Part shown: piece by piece, positions 35,027 through 43,299 of the stretch | Position numbering within the stretch: the stretch's first letter is position 1 | Layout: each line of letters starts with the position of its first letter | Assembly: GCA_031459875.1 (NCBI GenBank) | Contig: JAVKHQ010000001.1 | Span: 224,001-288,000 of the forward strand | DNA: 64,000 bases | Origin: Candidatus Fervidifonticultor sextus | GTDB lineage: Bacteria; Sysuimicrobiota; Sysuimicrobiia; Sysuimicrobiales; Humicultoraceae | Direction of reading: 5' to 3' | Notes under the pieces: model-generated | Databases searched by the model: none | What the model was told of the DNA's origin: nothing | Seen by the model: only the letters and a program-made list of their open reading frames with translations | Program-made: the position numbers and the translations under genes

Positions 35027-37681
35027 TCAGACGATACCCAGTTCGTGCGCGCGCAGCGTCGCCTCGTGGCGCGATCCCACGCCCAGCTTGTCGTAGATGT
35101 TGGCGACGTGGCGCTTCGACGTGTGCGGACTGATGGTGAGCGCTGCGGCGATCCTGGAGACACTCGCGCCGAGGGCCAGCAGGCGCAGGACCTCGATTTC
35201 ACGTTCGGTCAGGTTCGCGGGATGCGTCTGAGGCACCCGCTGCCCGTCCTCGGCCAGGTCGACGGCGACGTTGTCCGGCAGGCGCCGCCCCTCTGCCCAC
35301 AGGCTGGCGAACCTGACTCCACCAAGCGCAGCCTTCGCCAACTGCTCTGCGCGCTGAATGCACGACCGTTCTTGAGGAAACGCGATCGCCCCGGTCCGTT
35401 CGCGAATGGAGGACGCAGCCGCGAGCAGCAGTGCCACGCGCGCGTGATCCTGTTGCGCTGAGGCGATCCAGGCGAATCGTTCCAGACATCGGGCGAGGCC
35501 ATGACGGCGGCCGACCCTGACAAAGAACCCTGATGCTTCCCGCAACATCGATGCCGCCTGCTGATGCTTCCCGACCTTGATGGCGACCTCCGCCGCCGAC
35601 ACCAGAGCCTGCGCCGCCAGTCCCTCATGCCCCGACGAGCGGGCAGTCTCCAGCGCCTGGGCGAGCAGATCGCTGGCGGCCAAGGGGTCCCCGCGGTCTG
35701 CCGCAACACCTCCCAGTTCGACCTGCGTCAGAAACACCCACCTCGTAGCCCCGCAGGTGTGCGCGAGGCTCAGGGCACTGTCCAACAGGGACGCCGCGCG
35801 TGCCAAGTCACCCTGATGCCTGGCCAGACGGCCGAGGCCCCAGGTCGCCTGCGCCACGCCAAGCGCGTCGCCAAGCCGTCGCCGGAGGGCCAGACTCTCT
35901 TCGTACAGAGCGGTCGCACGGCCAAAGTCCGCGAGATCGACCGCGATCGCGGCCAGGGTCTGCAGCACCCGAGCCACGCTCCCAGGCGGACCCGTCCGGC
36001 GGAGGATCCGAAGGCTCTCGGTATTCAGGTCGGCGCTTCGCCGGAGATGTCCGCGGAGGGACGCCAGGAATCCCAGATGGTGCAGGCACAGCGCCGCACC
36101 CCGTTCGTCGCCCGCCTCGCGCATCAGCCCAAGCGCCTCGCCCCACGCGCGCTCGGCAGCTTCGTACTCGCCCTGTTCGAGCCTGATGCTGGCAAGGAGG
36201 CTCAGGGCGTGCGCAACGGCCCGGCGGTCGTCGTGTTTCCGGAAAAGGGCCAGGCTGTCCACGAGGGCGCCTTCTGACTCCCTGAGGTCCCCGTGACGAT
36301 GAAGCAGCACGGCGGTGGCAAACAGGGCACTCCCGCGCACCGCGTCGGGTGCCGCCTTGTCGGCGTCCAGGAGGCTCGTCAGCCACCGCGAGCCGGCAGC
36401 GAACTGGCCTCGGAGTTCCCAGTAGGGCAGTAGCGCCGTGGCCATCCGAAGGCCTCCCACGGTGTCTCCGCTGTCGCGAAAACCCTCGAGGGCCGCCCGC
36501 AGGTTGTCGTATTCGAGATCGAGACTCGTCGCCACCTCAGCCTGCCGGGGACCGTTCATCTCGTGCCCGGCCTGCTCGGCCATGGCCAGGAAGAACCCTC
36601 GATGCCGCCGGAAGACCTCGGCAGCCTCATCGGCTTGCAGAAGCCATTCGCGCCCACGGGCTCGGACGGCGGCGGGCAGCCGACATCGGATCTGTCCGTC
36701 GCGGACCTCGCGAACCGCGAGTGACTGATCCACAAACTCGCCGATCATCTCCAGGATATCCGAGGGGCCGATCACGCCGCCAGCGCAGACGGTCTCCGCA
36801 GCGGTGATGGTCCAGCCGCCCGCAAACGCCGTAAGTCGCCGCAGCAGGACCCGTTCCTTGGCCGAGAGCAGGCTGAACCGCCACTCCAGCGTGTCAGGCG
36901 GCCCGCCGAGTGGAGGCGCCGCATGGCCGGAAACGGACAGCCTCGCTCCCGCGGCCAGTCGCGCGTCGATCTCCTGCACGGACATGAACCGACACCACGC
37001 TGCGGCGAACTCGATCGCAAGCGGCACGCCGTCAAGCCGGCGGCAGATCCGCGCCACCGTCTCGCCGTTCTCGACTGTCAGCCGGAAGGCAGGCAGCGCG
37101 ACCGCCGCTCGCTCGGCAAACAAGCGGACCGCCTCGTGCGACAGCAGGCTCATGGTCGTGACATGGAGAAACTCCGTGGGTGGAACCGAGAGCGGCGCAA
37201 GACTGTAGGTGTGTTCCTCTGCAAGACCGAGGCTCAGCCGGCTGGACGCGAGCACACGAAGATCGGTCGTCTCACCAAGCACGTCGCCAACGATGTCCGC
37301 GCAGGCCGCCGCCCAGTGCTCGCAGTTCTCAAGCACGAGCAGCGCCGTTCGGGGGCGCAGGAACGCCTTGAGCACCAGGCGAGACGCTCTTCCCGGTTCG
37401 TCGCGCAGGCCGATCGCCGCACAAAGCGCCTCAGGAATTGAGTCGGGGGCGGACAGCGCGCTCAGGTCCACCCACCACACGCCGTCGGTATACCGATCGG
37501 TCATGCGGCTGGCTACTTCGAGCGCCAGCCGCGCCTTGCCAACTCCAGGAGGCCCGATCAGGGTGACCAGCCGGGATGCCGTCAGAAGGTCACAGATTTC
37601 CCGAATCTCACGGTCTCGCCCGACGAAGCTCGTCAAGTAGGTGGGTAGGTTGTGGTTGGAAACTCTGATCCGGCCCGGCAT
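35027..37681 (-). CDS. STAND-type ATPase-TPR-LuxR transcriptional regulator
   Basis: HNLP..LTSFVGR, GPPGVGKAR, LLVLENCEH, ICRRLDGVPLAIE, TPRs, C-terminal LTEREIEVL...HVANIYDKLGV.SR. Confidence 0.88.
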   Translation of the reverse strand: MPGRIRVSNHNLPTYLTSFVGRDREIREICDLLTASRLVTLIGPPGVGKARLALEVASRMTDRYTDGVWWVDLSALSAPDSIPEALCAAIGLRDEPGRASRLVLKAFLRPRTALLVLENCEHWAAACADIVGDVLGETTDLRVLASSRLSLGLAEEHTYSLAPLSVPPTEFLHVTTMSLLSHEAVRLFAERAAVALPAFRLTVENGETVARICRRLDGVPLAIEFAAAWCRFMSVQEIDARLAAGARLSVSGHAAPPLGGPPDTLEWRFSLLSAKERVLLRRLTAFAGGWTITAAETVCAGGVIGPSDILEMIGEFVDQSLAVREVRDGQIRCRLPAAVRARGREWLLQADEAAEVFRRHRGFFLAMAEQAGHEMNGPRQAEVATSLDLEYDNLRAALEGFRDSGDTVGGLRMATALLPYWELRGQFAAGSRWLTSLLDADKAAPDAVRGSALFATAVLLHRHGDLRESEGALVDSLALFRKHDDRRAVAHALSLLASIRLEQGEYEAAERAWGEALGLMREAGDERGAALCLHHLGFLASLRGHLRRSADLNTESLRILRRTGPPGSVARVLQTLAAIAVDLADFGRATALYEESLALRRRLGDALGVAQATWGLGRLARHQGDLARAASLLDSALSLAHTCGATRWVFLTQVELGGVAADRGDPLAASDLLAQALETARSSGHEGLAAQALVSAAEVAIKVGKHQQAASMLREASGFFVRVGRRHGLARCLERFAWIASAQQDHARVALLLAAASSIRERTGAIAFPQERSCIQRAEQLAKAALGGVRFASLWAEGRRLPDNVAVDLAEDGQRVPQTHPANLTEREIEVLRLLALGASVSRIAAALTISPHTSKRHVANIYDKLGVGSRHEATLRAHELGIV

Positions 37682-37735
37682 ACCGCGACCCCGCTGATTT
37701 CGTAGGTCTACTACGCCGCGGCGCCGACTCCTTCA

Positions 37736-37933
37736 TCAGCGAGGGCGAGGACGCTCGGGCGCGTTCGCCACCCTGAAAAGAAAGCGCACGAGGCTGCGGG
37801 GCCCGGAGAACTCGAATGTCTGTTGCGTGGCTGCGTTGGTGACAGACCCGCACCACGTCGGTCGACTGCGGTCGGGTGCGCGCACCTCCCTCCACAGGCG
37901 CACGATGAACACTCGCTGGTCCACGCGGTACAT
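37736..37933 (-). CDS. small hypothetical protein upstream of the STAND regulator
   Basis: 65 aa, FIVRLWRE...WCGSV...TQQTFEF...LVRFL; starts 10 nt after a putative -10. Confidence 0.65.
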   Translation of the reverse strand: MYRVDQRVFIVRLWREVRAPDRSRPTWCGSVTNAATQQTFEFSGPRSLVRFLFRVANAPERPRPR

Positions 37934-37968
37934 CGTGCCGTGAAGCATGCGCCCCCACGGTCGTCGGC

Positions 37969-37990
37969 GCATCGCCCGGTTCGGGCCATT
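37969..37990. repeat. 22-bp box, copy 2 (putative activator site)
   Basis: identical to 34976-34997; 19 bp upstream of CATGCT on the minus strand. Confidence 0.85.
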
Positions 37991-38298
37991 TGACCATGGA
38001 CCGCCATCGCGACCGAACGAGTTCCTCGCGATTGAGGCCCAGCAGCCGCGGGCCGCCGATGACGGGGTATTGCGCCAGATCCTGTCCGCCACAAGCGGCG
38101 TGGCCTTGGGGCGAGCACGAGCACCCAGAGGTCGTGGGGGTTGCCGGTTGGTACGGACCAACGCTGAACGGAGCAAAAACGGATGTTTTGCTCCATGCTG
38201 TGGGGAAGGGGACGTACCATCAGGGGAAGTGCACTGTTTGGCCTCGCGCCAGGCGCGGACCCGTTCAGGCCCCGCTTGGGTTCCTCTCAAGGGCGACC

Positions 38299-38430
38299 TC
38301 AGGCCCCGCTGTGGCACTCCAGCCGCTGGAAGGCGCCCAGCAGAGCCTTGAGCTCCTCTGCGGGTAGCTCACCGAGGATCTCCAGCAGGACCGTCCGCTG
38401 GGTAGCGGGGAAAATCAGGATCCAGGCAGA
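38299..38430 (-). pseudogene. possible 3' remnant of a MarR-like gene
   Basis: frame ...IFPATQRTVLLEILGELPAEELKALLGAFQRLE..* has coding-like codon usage but no start. Confidence 0.25.
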
Positions 38431-38486
38431 ACCGCTCGTCCCCTGGGGGATGTCGCGCGCATTGCAAACCCGGGGAGGTGGACGAC

Positions 38487-38741
38487 CTACCCGATGCCCA
38501 GCGGCTCCTCTTCGCGCTGACGGCGGCGGATGGACGGCGCCGGCATGGACGCGATCAGGGCCGCCGCGGCAAAGGCCACCAACCCGGCGACCGCCCAGGA
38601 GGCCGGGAGCTCAATGACCTCGGTCTCGGTCTTGACGCGCACCGTGGATCCGGGCCCGATGCGGACGACGCCGCGCGCTTCGGCGAGCGCGGCGCCAAGC
38701 TCGATGATGGCGCGACGCATCCGGTCGAGGTCGATCTCCAT
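38487..38741 (-). CDS. small membrane-associated protein, possibly DUF4342-like
   Basis: GGAGGT RBS; VRVKTETEVIELP followed by a hydrophobic stretch; lies after recO. Confidence 0.55.
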   Translation of the reverse strand: MEIDLDRMRRAIIELGAALAEARGVVRIGPGSTVRVKTETEVIELPASWAVAGLVAFAAAALIASMPAPSIRRRQREEEPLGIG

Positions 38742-38761
38742 CCCGGCACCTCCCGTCAAGA

Positions 38762-39565
38762 CTATACCACAGGAGCCCGCCGTTCAGTCCTCGGCGGGAC
38801 CGCGGCGGGGGCAGGCACGCGCGTTGAGGCACGGAGACGGCCGACGATGCCCGGCGCCCGCAGCCGGACCTCCCACCGCGCCTCGGCATACCCCCGCAGG
38901 ATCTCGGACGCAGCCGCCAGGTCGCGCGGGGCCGGCGCGACGCGCGCCACGGCCGCCGGTCGGGCGTCCAGCAGGAAGGTCAACAGGGCCACGGCGCTCT
39001 GGGCCACCGGGACGGCCTGCGGGTCCTTCGCGCTGCAGCCGGCGTGGAGGCAGCCGCCCTGGGAGGCACTCCACACCACCGGGGCGCGCAGCCGCCGGCC
39101 GCAGACGGCACACCGCTCCACCGCCGGCCGGTGCCCGGTGGCGGCCAGCAGCCGGGCCGCAAACCACACCCAGGCCGTCTCGCCGGCTCCGGCGTCAACA
39201 AGGTCCAGGGCCCGCCCGAGCAGCCGGTACACGTCGGGATGGGGGTGCCGCTCGGCCAGGGCCCGGTCGGCGAGTTCCAGGATCACCGCGGCCGTCCCCA
39301 TGCGCTCCAGGTCCGACCGCAGAGGCGCGTGGGCGTCCAGCACCTCGACCTGCGAGATCACGTCCAGCGTGCGGCCCTCGGCGACCAGCGCGCGGAACCG
39401 CATGGCCGGCTCCAGGCGGCCGGCCAGGCGGCTGCGCGGCCTGCGCGCCCCGCGCGCCGCGACGGTCAGCTTTCCCCGGTCTGGGGTGAGGACCACGACG
39501 AGCCGGTCCGCCTCCCTCAGATTCCGCCGGCGCAGGACGATCCCTTCGATCGTGTAGACGCCCAC
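38762..39565 (-). CDS. recO: DNA repair protein RecO
   Basis: EGIVLRRRNLREADRLV, ARGARRPRSR, CAVC...CLHAGC Zn finger. Confidence 0.93.
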   Translation of the reverse strand: MGVYTIEGIVLRRRNLREADRLVVVLTPDRGKLTVAARGARRPRSRLAGRLEPAMRFRALVAEGRTLDVISQVEVLDAHAPLRSDLERMGTAAVILELADRALAERHPHPDVYRLLGRALDLVDAGAGETAWVWFAARLLAATGHRPAVERCAVCGRRLRAPVVWSASQGGCLHAGCSAKDPQAVPVAQSAVALLTFLLDARPAAVARVAPAPRDLAAASEILRGYAEARWEVRLRAPGIVGRLRASTRVPAPAAVPPRTERRAPVV

Positions 39566-39602
39566 GGCTAGCCGGGCGCGCGGCGCGCGGCCCCCGGCGC
39601 GT

Positions 39603-40835
39603 TCACCGCCGCACCAGGAGCAGGGCCAGGCTGAGGGCGATCAGCAGCCCTGTCGTCGCCCTGGCGATCCCGTTGGAGGCGGTGCGGTTGGTCCACGGCC
39701 CCATCAGACGCCGGTCGTTGACCAGGCGAAGCATGATCACCAGCACCGCAGGCAGGAGGATGCCGTTGAGGGCCTGGGAGGCGACCATGATGGCCACCAG
39801 GGGCAGGCCGGGCCAGAGCACCACAAGCGCGCCCCCTCCGAGGATGGCGAAGAACAGGCCGTAGAAGACCGGCGCCTGGGCAGTGGTGCGGTCCAGGCCG
39901 GCCTCCCAGCCGAAGGCCTCGCACACCGCGTAGGCGGTCGACAGGGGAATGATTGCGACCGAGAAGACCGCCGCGTTCAGCAGGCCGATGGCGAAGAGCG
40001 CGGAGGCGTAGGCCCCGGCCAGCGGCGCCAGGGCCCGGGCGGCATCCTCGGCGCGCTCGACGTGGATCCCGTGGGGGAAGAGGGTCGCGGCCGTGGCCAC
40101 GATGATCGATCCGGCGACCAGCCCGGTGACCAGCGCGCCCAGGGCCACGTCGATGCGCTCGAACCGCAGGTCATCTGCCGTCAGCCCCTTGTCCACGATG
40201 GCGGCCTGGTGGTAGAACTGCATCCACGGAGCGATCGTCGTCCCGACGAGCGCGATGACCATGTAGATGTAGCCCGGCTCCCACCTGAAGGCCGGCACCA
40301 CGGTCGCCTGCAACACCTCTCCCCACTGCGGCCGGGCCAGGACCGCGGAGACCGCGTACAGCACGTACAGGGCCGAGGCCACGAGAAAGATGCGCTCCAC
40401 CAGGCGATAGCCGCCGCGCACGACCAGGAGCCCCACCGCCACCGCCACGATGGGCACGCCGACCAGCCGGGGGACGCGGAAGATCTCCAGAGCGCCGGCC
40501 ACGCCGGCGAAGTTACCGATCGTGTTCGCCAGGTTCGCCAGCAGGAGCACGGCCATGACCCACGCGGTGACGGGGACCCCGAACTGCTCGCGGATCAGGT
40601 CCGCCAGCCCCATCCCGGTGACCGCGCCCATGCGCGCGACCATCTCCTGCACGACGATCAGGGCCACGACGGCCACCGGGATCGTCCACAGGAGGACGTT
40701 CCCGAAATCCGCCCCGGCGGTGGCGTAGGTGGCGACGCCGTTGGCATCGTTGTCCACGGCCGCGGTGATGATCCCCGGACCGGCCACCGACAGGAAGACC
40801 GCCAGGCCCGCCCAGCGCTGCCGAGCCCAGCGCAC
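39603..40835 (-). CDS. Nramp-related divalent cation (probably Mg2+) transporter
   Basis: GPGIITAAVDNDANGVATY, QEMVARMG, GTTIAPWMQFY; about 11 TMs. Confidence 0.85.
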   Translation of the reverse strand: MRWARQRWAGLAVFLSVAGPGIITAAVDNDANGVATYATAGADFGNVLLWTIPVAVVALIVVQEMVARMGAVTGMGLADLIREQFGVPVTAWVMAVLLLANLANTIGNFAGVAGALEIFRVPRLVGVPIVAVAVGLLVVRGGYRLVERIFLVASALYVLYAVSAVLARPQWGEVLQATVVPAFRWEPGYIYMVIALVGTTIAPWMQFYHQAAIVDKGLTADDLRFERIDVALGALVTGLVAGSIIVATAATLFPHGIHVERAEDAARALAPLAGAYASALFAIGLLNAAVFSVAIIPLSTAYAVCEAFGWEAGLDRTTAQAPVFYGLFFAILGGGALVVLWPGLPLVAIMVASQALNGILLPAVLVIMLRLVNDRRLMGPWTNRTASNGIARATTGLLIALSLALLLVRR

Positions 40836-40841
40836 GCGCCC

Positions 40842-42128
40842 CTAGCCCCTGTGCAACCGGCGGATGCGGTCGAGCCGCCGGGGCACGCGGCCGCCCAGGC
40901 GCTCGGCCAGCAGGTCCACGACGTCATCGACGGTCACGATCCCCAACAGCCGGTCCTCGGCGTCCACCACTGGCACGGCCAGCAGGTCGTACTTCATCAG
41001 GAGCGCCGCGGCGGCTTCGTCGCTCTCGTCGGCGCGCACGGCGACGATGTCGCGGGAGGCGATGGCGGTCACCGGCGTCTTGGGATCGGCGATCAGCAGG
41101 CCGCGCAGCGAGAGCACGCCGACCAGGCGGCCGGACGGATCCACGACGTACAGGTAGTAGATCGTCTCGGCGTCCGGGGCCAGTTCCCGGAGGCGGGCGA
41201 TGGTCTGTTCCGCGGTGTAGGCGTCGGGGACGGCGATGTAGTTGGGGTTCATGCGGCCGCCGGCCGAGTCCGGCGGGTACTCCAGCAGCCGGGAGACCTC
41301 GGCCTTGGCCTCGGGCTCCATCCGGATCATGAGGTCGGTGGCGGTCTCCTCCGGGAGTTCGCCCAGCACGTCGGCCGCCACGTCGGCCTCCATCTCCTCG
41401 AGGATGTCGGAGGCCCGCTCGGCGGGTAGCGAGCGCAGGATGCTGGCCTGCACCTCGGGCTCGGCGGCTTCGAGCACCTCGGCGGCGTCCTCGTGGCTGA
41501 GCGCCGACATAACCTCCACGCGTTCCTCGCGATCCATCTCCTCGAGGAGTTCGGCCAGGTCGGCCGGATGGATGGCCTCCAGCCGCTCCCGCGAGATGCG
41601 CAACTTGAGCGGCGTCACCGGACCGCCCAGCGCGGCCACGTAGGTCCACGGCAGCGCCTGGTCCGCCAGCGGGCGCCCCAGACGGGCCAGCAGCCAGCGC
41701 ACCGGCCTCTCGGCGCCCAGGCGACGCAGCAGTCCGCTGGCGCCGACGTCCACGCCGGTCAGCAGCAGGTCGCCGTTGGTCTGAGAAAGGAACAGGTCGT
41801 TGACCTTCACCACCCTCAGCCCGTGGGTGTCCACGACCTGCTTATCCAGCAGCGACTCCCGGAGCGTGATCTCGTCGGGCTGGAGCGGACGGGGCCGCAG
41901 CCCTGTCCGGTCGGTGTTCAGGCGGATCTCGGGCTCGAGATCGGCGACCGCCCCCCAGGGGATGAGCGCCACGCGCGGGCGATCAACATCGAGGAGGAGC
42001 CCGACGATCCGCGGGCGGGCAGGATGGACCTCGGCGACCAGGTCGGCCAAGCGGCCCAACAGGAAGCCGCTGGCGTCCCGCACGCGCCTGCCCAGAAGCC
42101 GGCTGAAAGGCAGCGAGGTGACATCCAC
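40842..42128 (-). CDS. PRC-barrel plus MgtE N-terminal plus CBS protein (no TM domain)
   Basis: LLDKQVVD...VNDL, HPADLAE, SAGGRM, TIYYLYVVD, GIVTVDDVVD; ends right after the CBS pair. Confidence 0.85.
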   Translation of the reverse strand: MDVTSLPFSRLLGRRVRDASGFLLGRLADLVAEVHPARPRIVGLLLDVDRPRVALIPWGAVADLEPEIRLNTDRTGLRPRPLQPDEITLRESLLDKQVVDTHGLRVVKVNDLFLSQTNGDLLLTGVDVGASGLLRRLGAERPVRWLLARLGRPLADQALPWTYVAALGGPVTPLKLRISRERLEAIHPADLAELLEEMDREERVEVMSALSHEDAAEVLEAAEPEVQASILRSLPAERASDILEEMEADVAADVLGELPEETATDLMIRMEPEAKAEVSRLLEYPPDSAGGRMNPNYIAVPDAYTAEQTIARLRELAPDAETIYYLYVVDPSGRLVGVLSLRGLLIADPKTPVTAIASRDIVAVRADESDEAAAALLMKYDLLAVPVVDAEDRLLGIVTVDDVVDLLAERLGGRVPRRLDRIRRLHRG

Positions 42129-42247
42129 AGTCCCGCGTTCCCCCGCGCATGTGGAAGGAATCGCCTGACAGTCCCGGACTACTATAAGGTTCGCCCGAGA
42201 CGGGCGTCAAGAAACGGCGGCGAACAGGCCGGGGAACCGGGACGGAC

Positions 42248-42676
42248 CTACCGGCGCCGCAGGGCCCCTCCGGCGAAGGGACGGGCCAGCAGTTCCGACA
42301 GCGCAAAGACCTGGGGCGGCCGACCGGGTCGGTCGATGAGCACGGTCCGGACCCCGAACTCGGCCATGACCTGCCGGCAGGCGCCGCACGGCATCGAGGC
42401 CCGGGCCCCGGTCGCCACCGCGACGGCGCGCAGCCGTCGGTGGCCCTCGGCCACGGCGCGGTGGATGGCGGCCCGCTCGGCGCAGATGGACAGGCCGAAG
42501 GAGGCGTTCTCAACGTTGCAGCCGGTGACGACGGCGCCCGACGCGGTCAGCACCGCGGCCCCGACCCGGAAGCGCGAGTACGGAGCGTAGGCCCGACCGC
42601 GCGCGGCCCGCGCGGCGCGGACGAGCGCCGCGGTTGCCGCCGGCGTCGGGGGGGCCGCAGAGCGCCGGGGGCTCAC
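42248..42676 (-). CDS. cdd: cytidine deaminase (homotetrameric type)
   Basis: AYAPYSRFRVGAA, GCNVENAS, CAER, PCGACRQ. Confidence 0.93.
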   Translation of the reverse strand: MSPRRSAAPPTPAATAALVRAARAARGRAYAPYSRFRVGAAVLTASGAVVTGCNVENASFGLSICAERAAIHRAVAEGHRRLRAVAVATGARASMPCGACRQVMAEFGVRTVLIDRPGRPPQVFALSELLARPFAGGALRRR

Positions 42677-43299
42677 TCGAACCGGTCCGGCCCCCCGATG
42701 GCGGCCCCGGTCGGCCGGTAGGGGGGCGACACGATCCCGGCGGAGACGACGAGTTTGAGGGCGTCCTCGACAGTCATCTCCAGCGGGGTGACCTGGCTCT
42801 CCGGGACCAGGCAGAGGAACCCGGTGGTCGGGTTGGGGGTGGTCACGACGAAGACATTGATCACCCGCTCGGCGGTCTTGGCCTGGGCCTCCCCGCGCGT
42901 CTCCCCGGTGACGAACCCCACCGTGTAGAGCCCCGGCCGCGGCCACTCCAGCAGCACCGCCTGCTTGAAGGCCGCCCGGTTCTGCTGGAGGAGCGAGTCG
43001 GACAGTTGCTTGGTGGCCGAATAGATTGTGCGGGCAAACGGGACGCGCAGCATCACCCGGTCAAACGCCTGGACGATCCGCCGGCCCAGCACGTTGCTGG
43101 CAAAGGCCCCGGCCAGCAGGATGAGCGCAATGCCCGAGAGCAGGCCCAATCCCGGCACCTGGATACCGAAGACCCGAAACACCGGGCTGAGGAAGTTGTC
43201 CAGGAGCCGGAAGAGGAAGACGAGGACGTAGGCGGTGACGACGACCGGCAGGGTGACCAGGAGGCCCGTGAACAGCCAGGTGCGGAGCCGATGGCGCAT
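42673..43299 (-). CDS. DUF502 membrane protein
   Basis: two TMs, RVPFARTIY, TTPNPTTGF, MTVEDALKLVVSAG. Confidence 0.88.
   Translation of the reverse strand: MRHRLRTWLFTGLLVTLPVVVTAYVLVFLFRLLDNFLSPVFRVFGIQVPGLGLLSGIALILLAGAFASNVLGRRIVQAFDRVMLRVPFARTIYSATKQLSDSLLQQNRAAFKQAVLLEWPRPGLYTVGFVTGETRGEAQAKTAERVINVFVVTTPNPTTGFLCLVPESQVTPLEMTVEDALKLVVSAGIVSPPYRPTGAAIGGPDRFE

Noticed and set aside
37701..37715. Short palindrome CGTAG-N5-CTACG before the STAND regulator
   Set aside because: 5-bp arms are too short to distinguish from chance, and I saw no second copy.
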